DNA of 64,000 nt from Candidatus Saccharimonadales bacterium (GCA_041751215.1 JBGSXW010000005.1:195664-259663), one strand, 5' to 3'. Shown: positions 35,258 to 43,536, counted from the stretch's first letter. Made by a program: numbers and translations. The notes: generated by a model not told the origin, from the sequence alone.

Positions 35258-37708
35258 ATGCCTAGACTACCCATACCTGGTGGCGACGAAGATACTTGGG
35301 GTGATATCCTCAATGAGTTCTTAGAAGTTGAGCATAACGCTGACGGCACTCAAAAGACAGTGGCTGTCACAAAGGGCGGTACAGGGCGAACCACCGGTAC
35401 TACAGCCTACGGTATTATTGCTGCCGGTACGACCGACACTGGAGCTCAACAAACCATCTCGCCCGGCTCAAGCGGCCAAATCCTAAAGTCCAACGGTGCT
35501 AGCGCGCTGGCTTCATTCCAAACTGGCGCACCAGGGGACGTGGGCTTGGGCAACGTTACCAACGACCTGCAGCTCAAAGCAGCTGATCTTGATATTGACG
35601 ATACGCTAGCGGCCAATAGTGACACTAAAATTGCCAGCCAGCAGGCCACCAAAGCCTATGTAGATAACTTGACTATCGATACTGCTCTCAGCACCGCTGG
35701 CCAACTACTAAAGTCTACTGGCCCAAGCACACTTCCAGCTTTCTCTACTGGCGCACCAGGCGATGTGGGGCTTGGTAATGTTACGAACGACCTCCAACTG
35801 AAAGCCGCTGATCTTGATATCGACGATACGCTAGCGGCCAATAGTGACACTAAAATTGCCAGCCAGCAGGCCACAAAAGCCTACGTAGACACTAATGTTT
35901 CTGGCATTGACGCAGACATCACTACCCTCGAGTCCAAAACTACACCCCTTGATGGTGGCATCTATTTGCGTGACCCCAATTTGCAAGCCTGGTTTGATGA
36001 TATCGATGATCCGGTGGCTAACCCTGTCGACCTGGTGGTTATTGGTGACTCTATTGCCCAGCTTTCTGCCTGGCCAGACGTATTGTATGGACAGCTGGCC
36101 ACTCGATTCAACGTGAATAACAGCAAGACAGTTACTCCAATCGTTGGTTTAAGACACCCCGCCTCAGGTATTGGCATCCCCAAGTTCACCTCTACCATTA
36201 ACGGCACCCAGGTAAGCGGTGCTGGGTCTGGTTTTGCCGGTTGGGCAGTGACTATGACTAATGGCCAGTCTAACGAAACAGTTCATATCTGTGATGGGGT
36301 ATTTATTATCTGGACAGAAGGTACTGGATCACTAATAGTGAAGGATGGTGGGTCTGGCGGTAGCACTGTTGCTACTATTGACACCAGTACTGGCAGTGGC
36401 TATAGCAACATTACGTCTATAGATCTTACGACCTACGCCAGCCACACTATTTACATAGAGTCTTCTGGTAACACCAAGCTTGAGGCTGTTATGCCAACTG
36501 TAGGGAACCGAACGGTGGGAATTCGCGTCTGGCGGGCTGCTCACGCTGGGTACACCACCGCCGGTTTTAACGATCAGCCGGAGTACGCTCTTGATTTTAT
36601 TGATAAACTCAAAGTTCTTTCGGGTAGAGAGCCTCACGTAATCGTGGCCACCGGCTATAACGACGCTGACGGTGCAACCTACGAAACTGAGATAACCGAA
36701 CTGATTACCACCATTCAAACTAAAACTACCGGCTCAATTGCTCTTTGGGTACCTTGGGGTAGGGCCGTGCCACAAGAGCGTCCAACACGAGCCAAACAGA
36801 TAGCTGAAAGCATGGGGTTGGGTCTAATTGATGCCAACAGAGCCTTCGGGAGTGTCTCCAGTGTTGCAGATTTAAACAACCTATCGGATGATCACATTCA
36901 TCCCAATAACAATGGTGTTGCAGCTCTCGCCACGCAGGCGCTGGCGGTATTAAGTGGCGATCCACTCGGCTCGCTCGTGACCATGATTCAGGGCAACACT
37001 GGTCTACAGTTTCGTGGCAACCTAACCGGTAACGTTACGGGTAATGTGACTGGTGCCTTTGACCTGGACTTAGGGGCAACAGGACGCTTGCAAGCAGCTA
37101 ATATATTCGGTTATCCTGGATTAACGCTACATAACGACTCGGCTGACGCTCAAGCATCAATGGCCTTCTACCCAGCCGGCCTAGCCGCATTCTTGTCTTA
37201 TCCAGCTGCATCACTTGCTTTTGGAGCTGGTGGAGCTACGTCACTTGATGTAGCGTTGTCTCGGTCTGCAGCAGGAGTTTTAACAGTCTATGGGGGGTCT
37301 GGCGCATCCCTCGGAAATATTGTGACAAGTTTAATTCGAAATAGCGCTGGTTCACCAGAATCAGTAGTCAGCGCACCAGTTGGTGCAATCTGCCACGACA
37401 CCACAAACGGTGATTTATACGTGAAAGAATCAGGCACGGGCAATACAGGTTGGGTGGCTTTAAGCACAGGAGGGGGTGGTGGATCTGTTTCTGACACCGC
37501 ATACGCCGACTCATGGAATGGGGTAACAACTGACGCGCCATCAAAGAACGCGGTATACGATGCCCTTAACACCAACGGCAAAGGGTTTGTAAATCACGGC
37601 TCAACTGCTAGTACCGCCAGACCGGAAGGCTTCGCATCGGTCGAATGGTACGGTACAGTCGAGCCAGATAACATAGCAGCAGGAGATACTTGGATTGACC
37701 CAAGTTAA
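35258..37708 (+). CDS. phage tail-fibre-like protein with a central SGNH/GDSL hydrolase domain
   Basis: The N-terminus MPRLPIPGGDEDTWGDILNEFL and the motifs DTKIASQQATKAYVD (x2), LYVKESGTGNTGWVAL and AYADSWNGVTTDAPSKNAVYDAL resemble actinophage minor-tail/tail-fibre proteins. VVIGDSIAQ (the GDS block) and DDHIHPNNNG (DxxH) define the SGNH esterase. ATG 35258 is preferred over TTG 35243. Confidence 0.7.
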   Translation: MPRLPIPGGDEDTWGDILNEFLEVEHNADGTQKTVAVTKGGTGRTTGTTAYGIIAAGTTDTGAQQTISPGSSGQILKSNGASALASFQTGAPGDVGLGNVTNDLQLKAADLDIDDTLAANSDTKIASQQATKAYVDNLTIDTALSTAGQLLKSTGPSTLPAFSTGAPGDVGLGNVTNDLQLKAADLDIDDTLAANSDTKIASQQATKAYVDTNVSGIDADITTLESKTTPLDGGIYLRDPNLQAWFDDIDDPVANPVDLVVIGDSIAQLSAWPDVLYGQLATRFNVNNSKTVTPIVGLRHPASGIGIPKFTSTINGTQVSGAGSGFAGWAVTMTNGQSNETVHICDGVFIIWTEGTGSLIVKDGGSGGSTVATIDTSTGSGYSNITSIDLTTYASHTIYIESSGNTKLEAVMPTVGNRTVGIRVWRAAHAGYTTAGFNDQPEYALDFIDKLKVLSGREPHVIVATGYNDADGATYETEITELITTIQTKTTGSIALWVPWGRAVPQERPTRAKQIAESMGLGLIDANRAFGSVSSVADLNNLSDDHIHPNNNGVAALATQALAVLSGDPLGSLVTMIQGNTGLQFRGNLTGNVTGNVTGAFDLDLGATGRLQAANIFGYPGLTLHNDSADAQASMAFYPAGLAAFLSYPAASLAFGAGGATSLDVALSRSAAGVLTVYGGSGASLGNIVTSLIRNSAGSPESVVSAPVGAICHDTTNGDLYVKESGTGNTGWVALSTGGGGGSVSDTAYADSWNGVTTDAPSKNAVYDALNTNGKGFVNHGSTASTARPEGFASVEWYGTVEPDNIAAGDTWIDPS
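35474..35892 (+). repeat. intragenic tandem duplication (2 x 225 nt, 75 aa) within the tail-fibre-like gene
   Basis: GQ(I/L)LKS..GAPGDVGLGNVTNDLQLKAADLDIDDTLAANSDTKIASQQATKAYVD occurs twice. The 3' ~75 nt of each unit are nearly identical at the DNA level, whereas the 5' parts differ at synonymous sites. Confidence 0.85.
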
Positions 37709-37714
37709 ATAATT

Positions 37715-38593
37715 ATGGCAAAGAGATACGTATATGACGGAACGGATTTAAAACGATTGGACGCACCAATCAGCTTTATGACACCCCTTCTACCCGACAA
37801 TGTGGATCCAGCTACCACTGGTGTTACTGCAATAACCTGTGTTGGTTCAGCTTCTCCTAATCAGTTTTCTACTCCTGGCTCATGGGTAGAGATAGACGCC
37901 TCATTGTCGGCTGATGCAGCCGGAATAATGTTTACACCAAGCGCCAATGTATTCTCCTCAGGCGTTAACACTTCAACTTTGATCCAAATCGGAACCGGTG
38001 CAGCCGCCGCGGAAACAGTGTGGGCTACAGTCTGTGTGTCCCAACTCACAACTTCACCAATTCTCTACATACCTGGATACATTGCTGCTGGCACTAGAGT
38101 TTCGGTTAGAGTGTTTAGTGCAGCACAGACAAGTAAAAGTGCCAGCATAAAGTACACTTTTGCTTCAGGGTCTAACATTTCTGCTCCGACAACCTATAAC
38201 GGGGCGAGTCCGGCCTCAAATGCTCAGGGTGTCAGCGTCCCATGGTCTGGAGCGGTCAACACAGAGGGCGACTGGACAGAAATTGTAGCCTCAACCACGG
38301 ACGACATTGATGTTATTGGTTTATTCGTAGGAACGGCTGGCGACGCTGCGACTGGTAACGCACAGTTTCAGGTAGATGTTGGATACGGCGCAGCTAGCTC
38401 AGAAGTTGCCTTAGCCGAGCATGTTACTTTTACCGTCGGAACAGCTGAGCAGCTCACTCCCCAATCAGTAAACGCATTTCAATTGCCAGAAACTATACCA
38501 GCAGGTTCGCGTTTAGTCGCAAGACTGCAGACTGGAACAGGTGCATCGGTTTCAGCTGTTGACGTAACCTTGGTAACGGCGAAAAAGCCCTAA
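37715..38593 (+). CDS. hypothetical protein with an internal two-domain duplication, coupled to the tail-fibre-like gene
   Basis: 292 aa, Ala/Thr/Ser/Gly-rich. The halves share W-EI-AS...D..GI/L, IQIGTGAAAAE vs QVDVGYGAASSE, and IAAGTRVSVRV vs IPAGSRLVARL. It starts 7 nt after the upstream stop. Confidence 0.5.
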   Translation: MAKRYVYDGTDLKRLDAPISFMTPLLPDNVDPATTGVTAITCVGSASPNQFSTPGSWVEIDASLSADAAGIMFTPSANVFSSGVNTSTLIQIGTGAAAAETVWATVCVSQLTTSPILYIPGYIAAGTRVSVRVFSAAQTSKSASIKYTFASGSNISAPTTYNGASPASNAQGVSVPWSGAVNTEGDWTEIVASTTDDIDVIGLFVGTAGDAATGNAQFQVDVGYGAASSEVALAEHVTFTVGTAEQLTPQSVNAFQLPETIPAGSRLVARLQTGTGASVSAVDVTLVTAKKP

Positions 38594-38678
38594 CTATCAA
38601 AGACAACTTAGTTTACGAGCTACACTAGAGCACTTATTAGCAACTTAAAACCACTTCTAACAAGCTGCTCCTGCAGCG

Positions 38679-39461
38679 CTAAGTAAACAGTAGAATCAAC
38701 AGCACAATAAAAGCAATCAAGGAAACTAACCTAACAACTCGAGTTAGAGGCACTCCCCAGAGAAGAGTGGTGTTGCTGATTCCAAAATCTGATAACAACC
38801 TGACAGCAAAGAACATCACACCCACTAAAAGAATGCTTGTAACAAAGCCAGTCCAATAAACAATTGGGCTAACTAAGCTATCGATAATGGTTGAGGCATT
38901 TTTGCTATCAATATCAATACGAAGTTTATCCCACAGCCTCTCAATAGGCGGGACATCTTCAGGCTCTTGCTCGCTCGTTACCACCACGCCTCCATCACTG
39001 TCATCGTCCCCAGAGGAAGGATCGGGTACACCGGTATCAATATCTCCACCATCTGAAGGTTGAGCAGCCGGTCTGTATGTTACGACAACAGTACTAACCG
39101 AAGAAGTTTGATTACAGCTAAAATATCCTTCAACACGGATCAAGTTGTCTCCTTCCAGTAGTGCAATCGTAGTTTCAAAATCCCCATCGGGTTCAATAGC
39201 CAACGACTGTGAATAGCTGTCGTTGATGAAAATGTCAATCTGGGTGGTACGCTGAGTTGTGCCGCCTAAGCCTACATTAGCGGTTGAGACGATACTGTCA
39301 GACACCGGCTCCTCTATGGTAATTTCCGGTGTGGATACTTCATCGCACAGTGTTGTGCGCACAGTGTTACTCTCTGCGTGAGCAGTGGAATTTGCTAAGG
39401 CAGAGACTCCGAGCATAACCAGTAACAGAGCATAGAAGCCGGTCTTTGTAAGTAGCTTCAT
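38679..39461 (-). CDS. membrane protein with a signal peptide, an Ig-like beta domain, an acidic linker and a C-terminal multi-TM anchor
   Basis: 260 aa. The order is MKLLTKTGFYALLLVMLGVSALANSTAHA, a beta-rich domain, a D/G/S/E-rich linker and 3 C-terminal TM segments. No family recognised. Confidence 0.5.
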   Translation of the reverse strand: MKLLTKTGFYALLLVMLGVSALANSTAHAESNTVRTTLCDEVSTPEITIEEPVSDSIVSTANVGLGGTTQRTTQIDIFINDSYSQSLAIEPDGDFETTIALLEGDNLIRVEGYFSCNQTSSVSTVVVTYRPAAQPSDGGDIDTGVPDPSSGDDDSDGGVVVTSEQEPEDVPPIERLWDKLRIDIDSKNASTIIDSLVSPIVYWTGFVTSILLVGVMFFAVRLLSDFGISNTTLLWGVPLTRVVRLVSLIAFIVLLILLFT

Positions 39462-39473
39462 GCATCCACCGAT

Positions 39474-40385
39474 TTATTTCTTCTTGTGTGTCGTCCGACG
39501 CTTTTGTGCCTGTGGTTTAACTACAAACCACAGGAAGCCTGCCGCGGCTAAGCCTGCAAGTATCCTCATCAACGAAGTTGGGAACAGGATAATCCACTGC
39601 TGTTCCAATTCTTCTGTGCCATCGAGCAAGCTTACGGTACCGCTCGCTTTGTAAATTCCAAAATACGGCGCACTATCCCAGTCGAAGACTACTCTTCTGG
39701 TTGTGCCTGGCAAGACCAGCACTTGCTGGTTGTTTTCATACTGCTTTTTGCCAAATATACTTGTGTACGTAACGCTAATATCAGATTGGAAGTGAACGTT
39801 ACCGGTGTTTTCAACACGAATGCTACTGGAAACGGGCTGTTTGGTCTGGAGTGTTTCTACGTCCCAGCTCGCCAGGCTACCCTTTTCAATTATGTCACCG
39901 GCGATTGTCATGTAGAGTAGTGACCCGACCCGTTTCTTACGTGCAACACTACTGTCTTCTTCTGGCGGTTGGGTTTCAGCAAACAGCACCGAGTAATGAC
40001 CGCCTGGAGCGGCGTCATCCGGCACCGTTACGGTGTAGCTTACCTCTACGCGCTGACCTGCCTTAAGTGATATCTTTGTTCGTGCAAACTCGACCCATTG
40101 ATAAGCCTCGGTGCGCTCGTTAACTTCAGTGTAATTTGGTTCGTAGGCTTCGTTACTAACAGAGAAAGGCCTTGCGTAAAGTAAGAATGTATATGGCACT
40201 GTACCGTCGTTGATGATAGTCAGTTTACCTTTGGCTTTTTGACCAGCAGCAAGTTCTGGTCTAGCAATTGCCGGAGAAAGAGTTATTCTCTCTTCGTTTG
40301 CCTCTTGAGCGGATGCTCTGTCTGGTATAAAAATCCCCCCTAATATAGCAACGCCAAGCGCTGCAATTATCAGCAGTTTCTTCAT
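39474..40385 (-). CDS. DUF916/DUF3324-like cell-surface protein (CscA-like)
   Basis: 303 aa. A signal peptide is followed by two beta-sandwich-like halves (ITLSPAIARPELAAGQKAKGKLTIINDGTVPYTF...; IRVENTGNVHFQSDISVTY...). The C-terminus has a TM segment plus the basic tail KRRTTHKKK. This layout is the one found next to WxL genes in Firmicutes. Confidence 0.55.
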   Translation of the reverse strand: MKKLLIIAALGVAILGGIFIPDRASAQEANEERITLSPAIARPELAAGQKAKGKLTIINDGTVPYTFLLYARPFSVSNEAYEPNYTEVNERTEAYQWVEFARTKISLKAGQRVEVSYTVTVPDDAAPGGHYSVLFAETQPPEEDSSVARKKRVGSLLYMTIAGDIIEKGSLASWDVETLQTKQPVSSSIRVENTGNVHFQSDISVTYTSIFGKKQYENNQQVLVLPGTTRRVVFDWDSAPYFGIYKASGTVSLLDGTEELEQQWIILFPTSLMRILAGLAAAGFLWFVVKPQAQKRRTTHKKK

Positions 40386-40447
40386 TCACAACTCCTTTTC
40401 TTTCCTGCAACTACGTTAAAGTATACAGTAAAAACTTCACCAGAAAA

Positions 40448-41044
40448 TCAGTTTGTTGTTGCGGTATAAGTAACAGTATCGCTGTAAGTACCGTTCGGGT
40501 TGGAGGTATCGGCCTTAACTGAGTACCAAACTGTTGTGGTGTCGTTCGAAGCAGTTGTACCAGTGGTCTTGATGGTGTTTGCCGCGCCATCGGCTGGTAC
40601 GCCGGCCCACACAGTAGAGCTGCTGGCAACGTTGTCTAGTGCGGAGTAGCTTCCATCAAAACCACCGACAGTCGCGACAGCGTAGCCCCAGGTATTGTTG
40701 GCTAGTGCACTTGGTGAAGCTTGGGTGCCAGCGTGAGCAGGTATGTCGTTGCCGCCGTTAACAAGATCGGTATTGGCATCGCTATCTGCGAGAGTCAAGT
40801 TATATCCAGATGCGTTATTCGTCGAAACGGTTACGGTGTCTGAAGCACTGGTTTGTGAACCACCACTGACAGGAGTGACGTTAAGCGTAACGGTACCGGA
40901 AGAACTGATGCTGATAACAGATGCGATACTGGCATTAATGGTAGTAGTATCAGAGTCAGTAGCAGCCATAACTGTTACGGGGGTTAGTATTAGTGATCCA
41001 AGACCTAAAGAGGCTCCTAGTACTAGTTTGCTTTTTTTACTCAT
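40448..41044 (-). CDS. secreted WxL-like beta-rich surface protein, paralog 2
   Basis: The start is set at MSKKSKLVLGASLGLGSLILTPVTVMA. The N-terminal ~125 aa are almost identical to paralog 3. It ends in TVWYSVKADTSNPNGTYSDTVTYTATTN. Confidence 0.6.
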   Translation of the reverse strand: MSKKSKLVLGASLGLGSLILTPVTVMAATDSDTTTINASIASVISISSSGTVTLNVTPVSGGSQTSASDTVTVSTNNASGYNLTLADSDANTDLVNGGNDIPAHAGTQASPSALANNTWGYAVATVGGFDGSYSALDNVASSSTVWAGVPADGAANTIKTTGTTASNDTTTVWYSVKADTSNPNGTYSDTVTYTATTN

Positions 41045-41115
41045 ATGATGATCGCTCCCTTTTATGTTGTTCTTCGTATGTTGTTTAGTATAAAACATAA
41101 GCTGTTTGGCGGCAA

Positions 41116-41730
41116 TCAGTTTGTTGTTGCGGTATAAGTAACAGTATCGCTGTATGTACCGTTAGGATTGGAGGTATCGGCCTTAACTGCATACCAAACT
41201 GTTGTAGTGTCGCCAGCGGCAGTTGTACCAGTGGTCTTGATGGTGTTTGGGGCACCACTAGCTGGCACACCGGCGTAAGTTATCGTGCTGGTTGTAACGT
41301 TACTCTCAACTGCACCGCCAGTAGAAAAGCCACCGATGCTGTCTACTCGGTAGCCCCAGGTATTGTTGGCTAGTGCACTTGGTGAAGCTTGGGTGCCAGC
41401 GTGAGCAGGTATGTCGTTGCCGCCGTTAACAAGATCGGTATTGGCATCGCTATCTGCGAGAGTCAAGTTATATCCAGATGCGTTATTTGTCGAAACGGTT
41501 ATTGTGTCCGAAGCACTGGTTTGTGAGCCGCCACTGACAGGAGTAACGTTGAGTGTGACGGTGCCAGAAGAACTGATGCTAATAGTTGAGCCGAGGTTGG
41601 CATTAATTGTAGTGGTGTCGGAGTCGGTAGCAGCCAGAACTGTTACGGGTAGTGCAATAACGCCTACCAGCAACAACAATGCGTTTACGCTAAAGAGTTT
41701 CAAGATTGATTTCTGATTTGATTGAGCCAT
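41116..41730 (-). CDS. secreted WxL-like beta-rich surface protein, paralog 3
   Basis: 204 aa with a signal peptide. NASGYNLTLADSDANTDLVNGGNDIPAHAG, NNTWGYRV and TVWYAVKADTSNPNGTYSDTVTYTATTN are present. Confidence 0.6.
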   Translation of the reverse strand: MAQSNQKSILKLFSVNALLLLVGVIALPVTVLAATDSDTTTINANLGSTISISSSGTVTLNVTPVSGGSQTSASDTITVSTNNASGYNLTLADSDANTDLVNGGNDIPAHAGTQASPSALANNTWGYRVDSIGGFSTGGAVESNVTTSTITYAGVPASGAPNTIKTTGTTAAGDTTTVWYAVKADTSNPNGTYSDTVTYTATTN

Positions 41731-41830
41731 GCTCGCTCCTGTTTAAGATATGCTTTATTGTCATTAAACCATAAGCGTCTGTTTTGGTAAAGAATGACGT
41801 TTTACAAAAACAGAACGAAGGACGGAGCCA

Positions 41831-41859
41831 TTGACAGATCATAAGCAGTATGGTATATT
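41831..41859 (+). promoter_or_regulatory. sigma70-type promoter driving a leaderless mRNA
   Basis: TTGACA (41831..41836), a 17-nt spacer, TATATT (41854..41859), then 6 nt to ATG 41866. Confidence 0.65.
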
Positions 41860-41865
41860 GCTACT

Positions 41866-42195
41866 ATGACATTACGCTCACCTGAGTCAACCGGCTTCGA
41901 ACCAGACGCCTACCAAGACGCCAAAGGCAGAACTGACGTTGATGATGCTCAGATTGCTAGGTACCGTGCCGCTGCAGCTGGCCGCCCCGACCAAGATTGG
42001 CGCCTCACGGACGCTGAACGCAAAGCAACTCCACCAGGTTTAGAGGGCGCTCGTGCCAAGCTTGGACCGGTTGAGAAGCTTGAGATAAAAGGCTATGACA
42101 GCCTTCACTACTACCGCGAATACTCTGGGGACAACCCGACACTAGCTGGTCAGCAAGAGCTGGTGGTTGAAGATCTTGACAGCGACGCTGCCTGA
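41866..42195 (+). CDS. hypothetical small acidic protein
   Basis: 109 aa with a leaderless start. No motif recognised. Confidence 0.5.
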   Translation: MTLRSPESTGFEPDAYQDAKGRTDVDDAQIARYRAAAAGRPDQDWRLTDAERKATPPGLEGARAKLGPVEKLEIKGYDSLHYYREYSGDNPTLAGQQELVVEDLDSDAA

Positions 42196-42235
42196 AAATC
42201 GCTTAAACTGATATAATCGTAAGCGTAATTAAGAG

Positions 42236-43471
42236 GTGGACTTGGCGCTTGGTCAGATAGTTGAACCAGCTTTACCCAGTAAGCGAGAAAAGCACGAAAT
42301 ATTTAGTGCGATTTTTGTTATTGTCTTAATTCCGACAGTAATTATGGTGGCAGCCTGGTTGGTACTGGCGGCTCAGCGCGATTTTGCTAGAAGTACAATG
42401 TCGAGTTTTGCTGCCTCAACCGCTAAAACTTCTGAACGAGTCCTCAGCCCCGAACTAGATAATCCAGCACAACTTGAGCAGATTGCAGCTCAGCTAGTTG
42501 ATGAAGATTTGGTTAGAATAATGGTTTTAAAGCCGGTAGGTGATCGCGGCAATCTACAAGTAGTTACAAGTACCGACCCATCCTTTGACAGCAGCTTGCC
42601 TGCAGAATCTATTTACAGGCTGGCAAACAGCGAGCAGCGAACAATTACCCGTGAACTTGCTCAGCTTCCGGGAACCGGTTTGCTTTGGCAGGGAGTCACG
42701 CCAGTTATCGAGGACGGAAAGGCCATCGCCTTTATCAACAGCACAGTGGTTGTTGAAGACATTGCCCAGTATTCAGATGATTTTGCGGCGCGATTGATTC
42801 TTATAAGCACAGCGTTAGTAATCGCCGTGATTTTCTTATTGGCGGCTCACTTCCGAATACTCGACTATGCCGAGCTGATTCAGCAGAAGAAACAAAACGA
42901 AAGTTTACGCCGCGACCTGCTTAAGGTGGTTGGTGGAGATGTCCATAAGGCTGTAACTGCACTTAATAAAGACCTCGGCAAATTGGAACAAACAAAAAGT
43001 CCAGCCGTAAGAAGGCAGGCGATTGCCGATCTTGAATCTAAGACGCAGGAACTGAGCAAAGACTTGTCGCTATGGAGGGCTGTGAGGGAAGTTGAAGACG
43101 GAGATGTTAAATACCAGCTAAAGCATGTGTCGTTGCCGAAACTACTAGAGCAGGTTGCCGACCGAAATCAGATAGTCAAACTCGATATTCCAAGCGGAGA
43201 TCATTTCGTTAACGTCGACAAAAAACATCTTCTAAAATCGATAGAGCTGGTGATCGATACCATTAAGGACGACAAGCCTCGATCGATCGAAGTCGGCTAC
43301 CGGGATCACGGAAGCTCGGTAGAGTTAATCTTAGAGCGATTACACAGCACACATCCGGGCGACCCGCGGCTTATTATCGCGCGCTACCACGTCGATGGTA
43401 TGGGCGGCAGCTTTAGGCGAGCTCGGCACGGCGATATCTGCATCAGCCTACCTGTAGTTGCCAACCGCTAG
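42236..43471 (+). CDS. membrane-anchored sensor-like protein, possibly a degenerate histidine-kinase fold
   Basis: 411 aa. The order is TM, a periplasmic-type domain, a second TM and a coiled coil. The C-terminal alpha/beta region is only vaguely HATPase-like (GMGGSF). No clear H-box or N/G boxes. Confidence 0.4.
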   Translation: MDLALGQIVEPALPSKREKHEIFSAIFVIVLIPTVIMVAAWLVLAAQRDFARSTMSSFAASTAKTSERVLSPELDNPAQLEQIAAQLVDEDLVRIMVLKPVGDRGNLQVVTSTDPSFDSSLPAESIYRLANSEQRTITRELAQLPGTGLLWQGVTPVIEDGKAIAFINSTVVVEDIAQYSDDFAARLILISTALVIAVIFLLAAHFRILDYAELIQQKKQNESLRRDLLKVVGGDVHKAVTALNKDLGKLEQTKSPAVRRQAIADLESKTQELSKDLSLWRAVREVEDGDVKYQLKHVSLPKLLEQVADRNQIVKLDIPSGDHFVNVDKKHLLKSIELVIDTIKDDKPRSIEVGYRDHGSSVELILERLHSTHPGDPRLIIARYHVDGMGGSFRRARHGDICISLPVVANR

Positions 43472-43536
43472 ACTTGACTAGCAATCGGCTCAGGTATAAA
43501 GTTTAAGCAGATACTTAATCTTTAGGGAGCAAAGAC

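Noticed and set aside
35243-38593. The tail-fibre-like gene taken as evidence for a prophage.
   Set aside because: No capsid, portal, terminase, tape-measure, lysis or integrase genes lie in the surrounding 15 kb. The neighbours are surface-protein genes on both strands. It is treated as a chromosomal phage-like adhesin or esterase until whole-genome context says otherwise.
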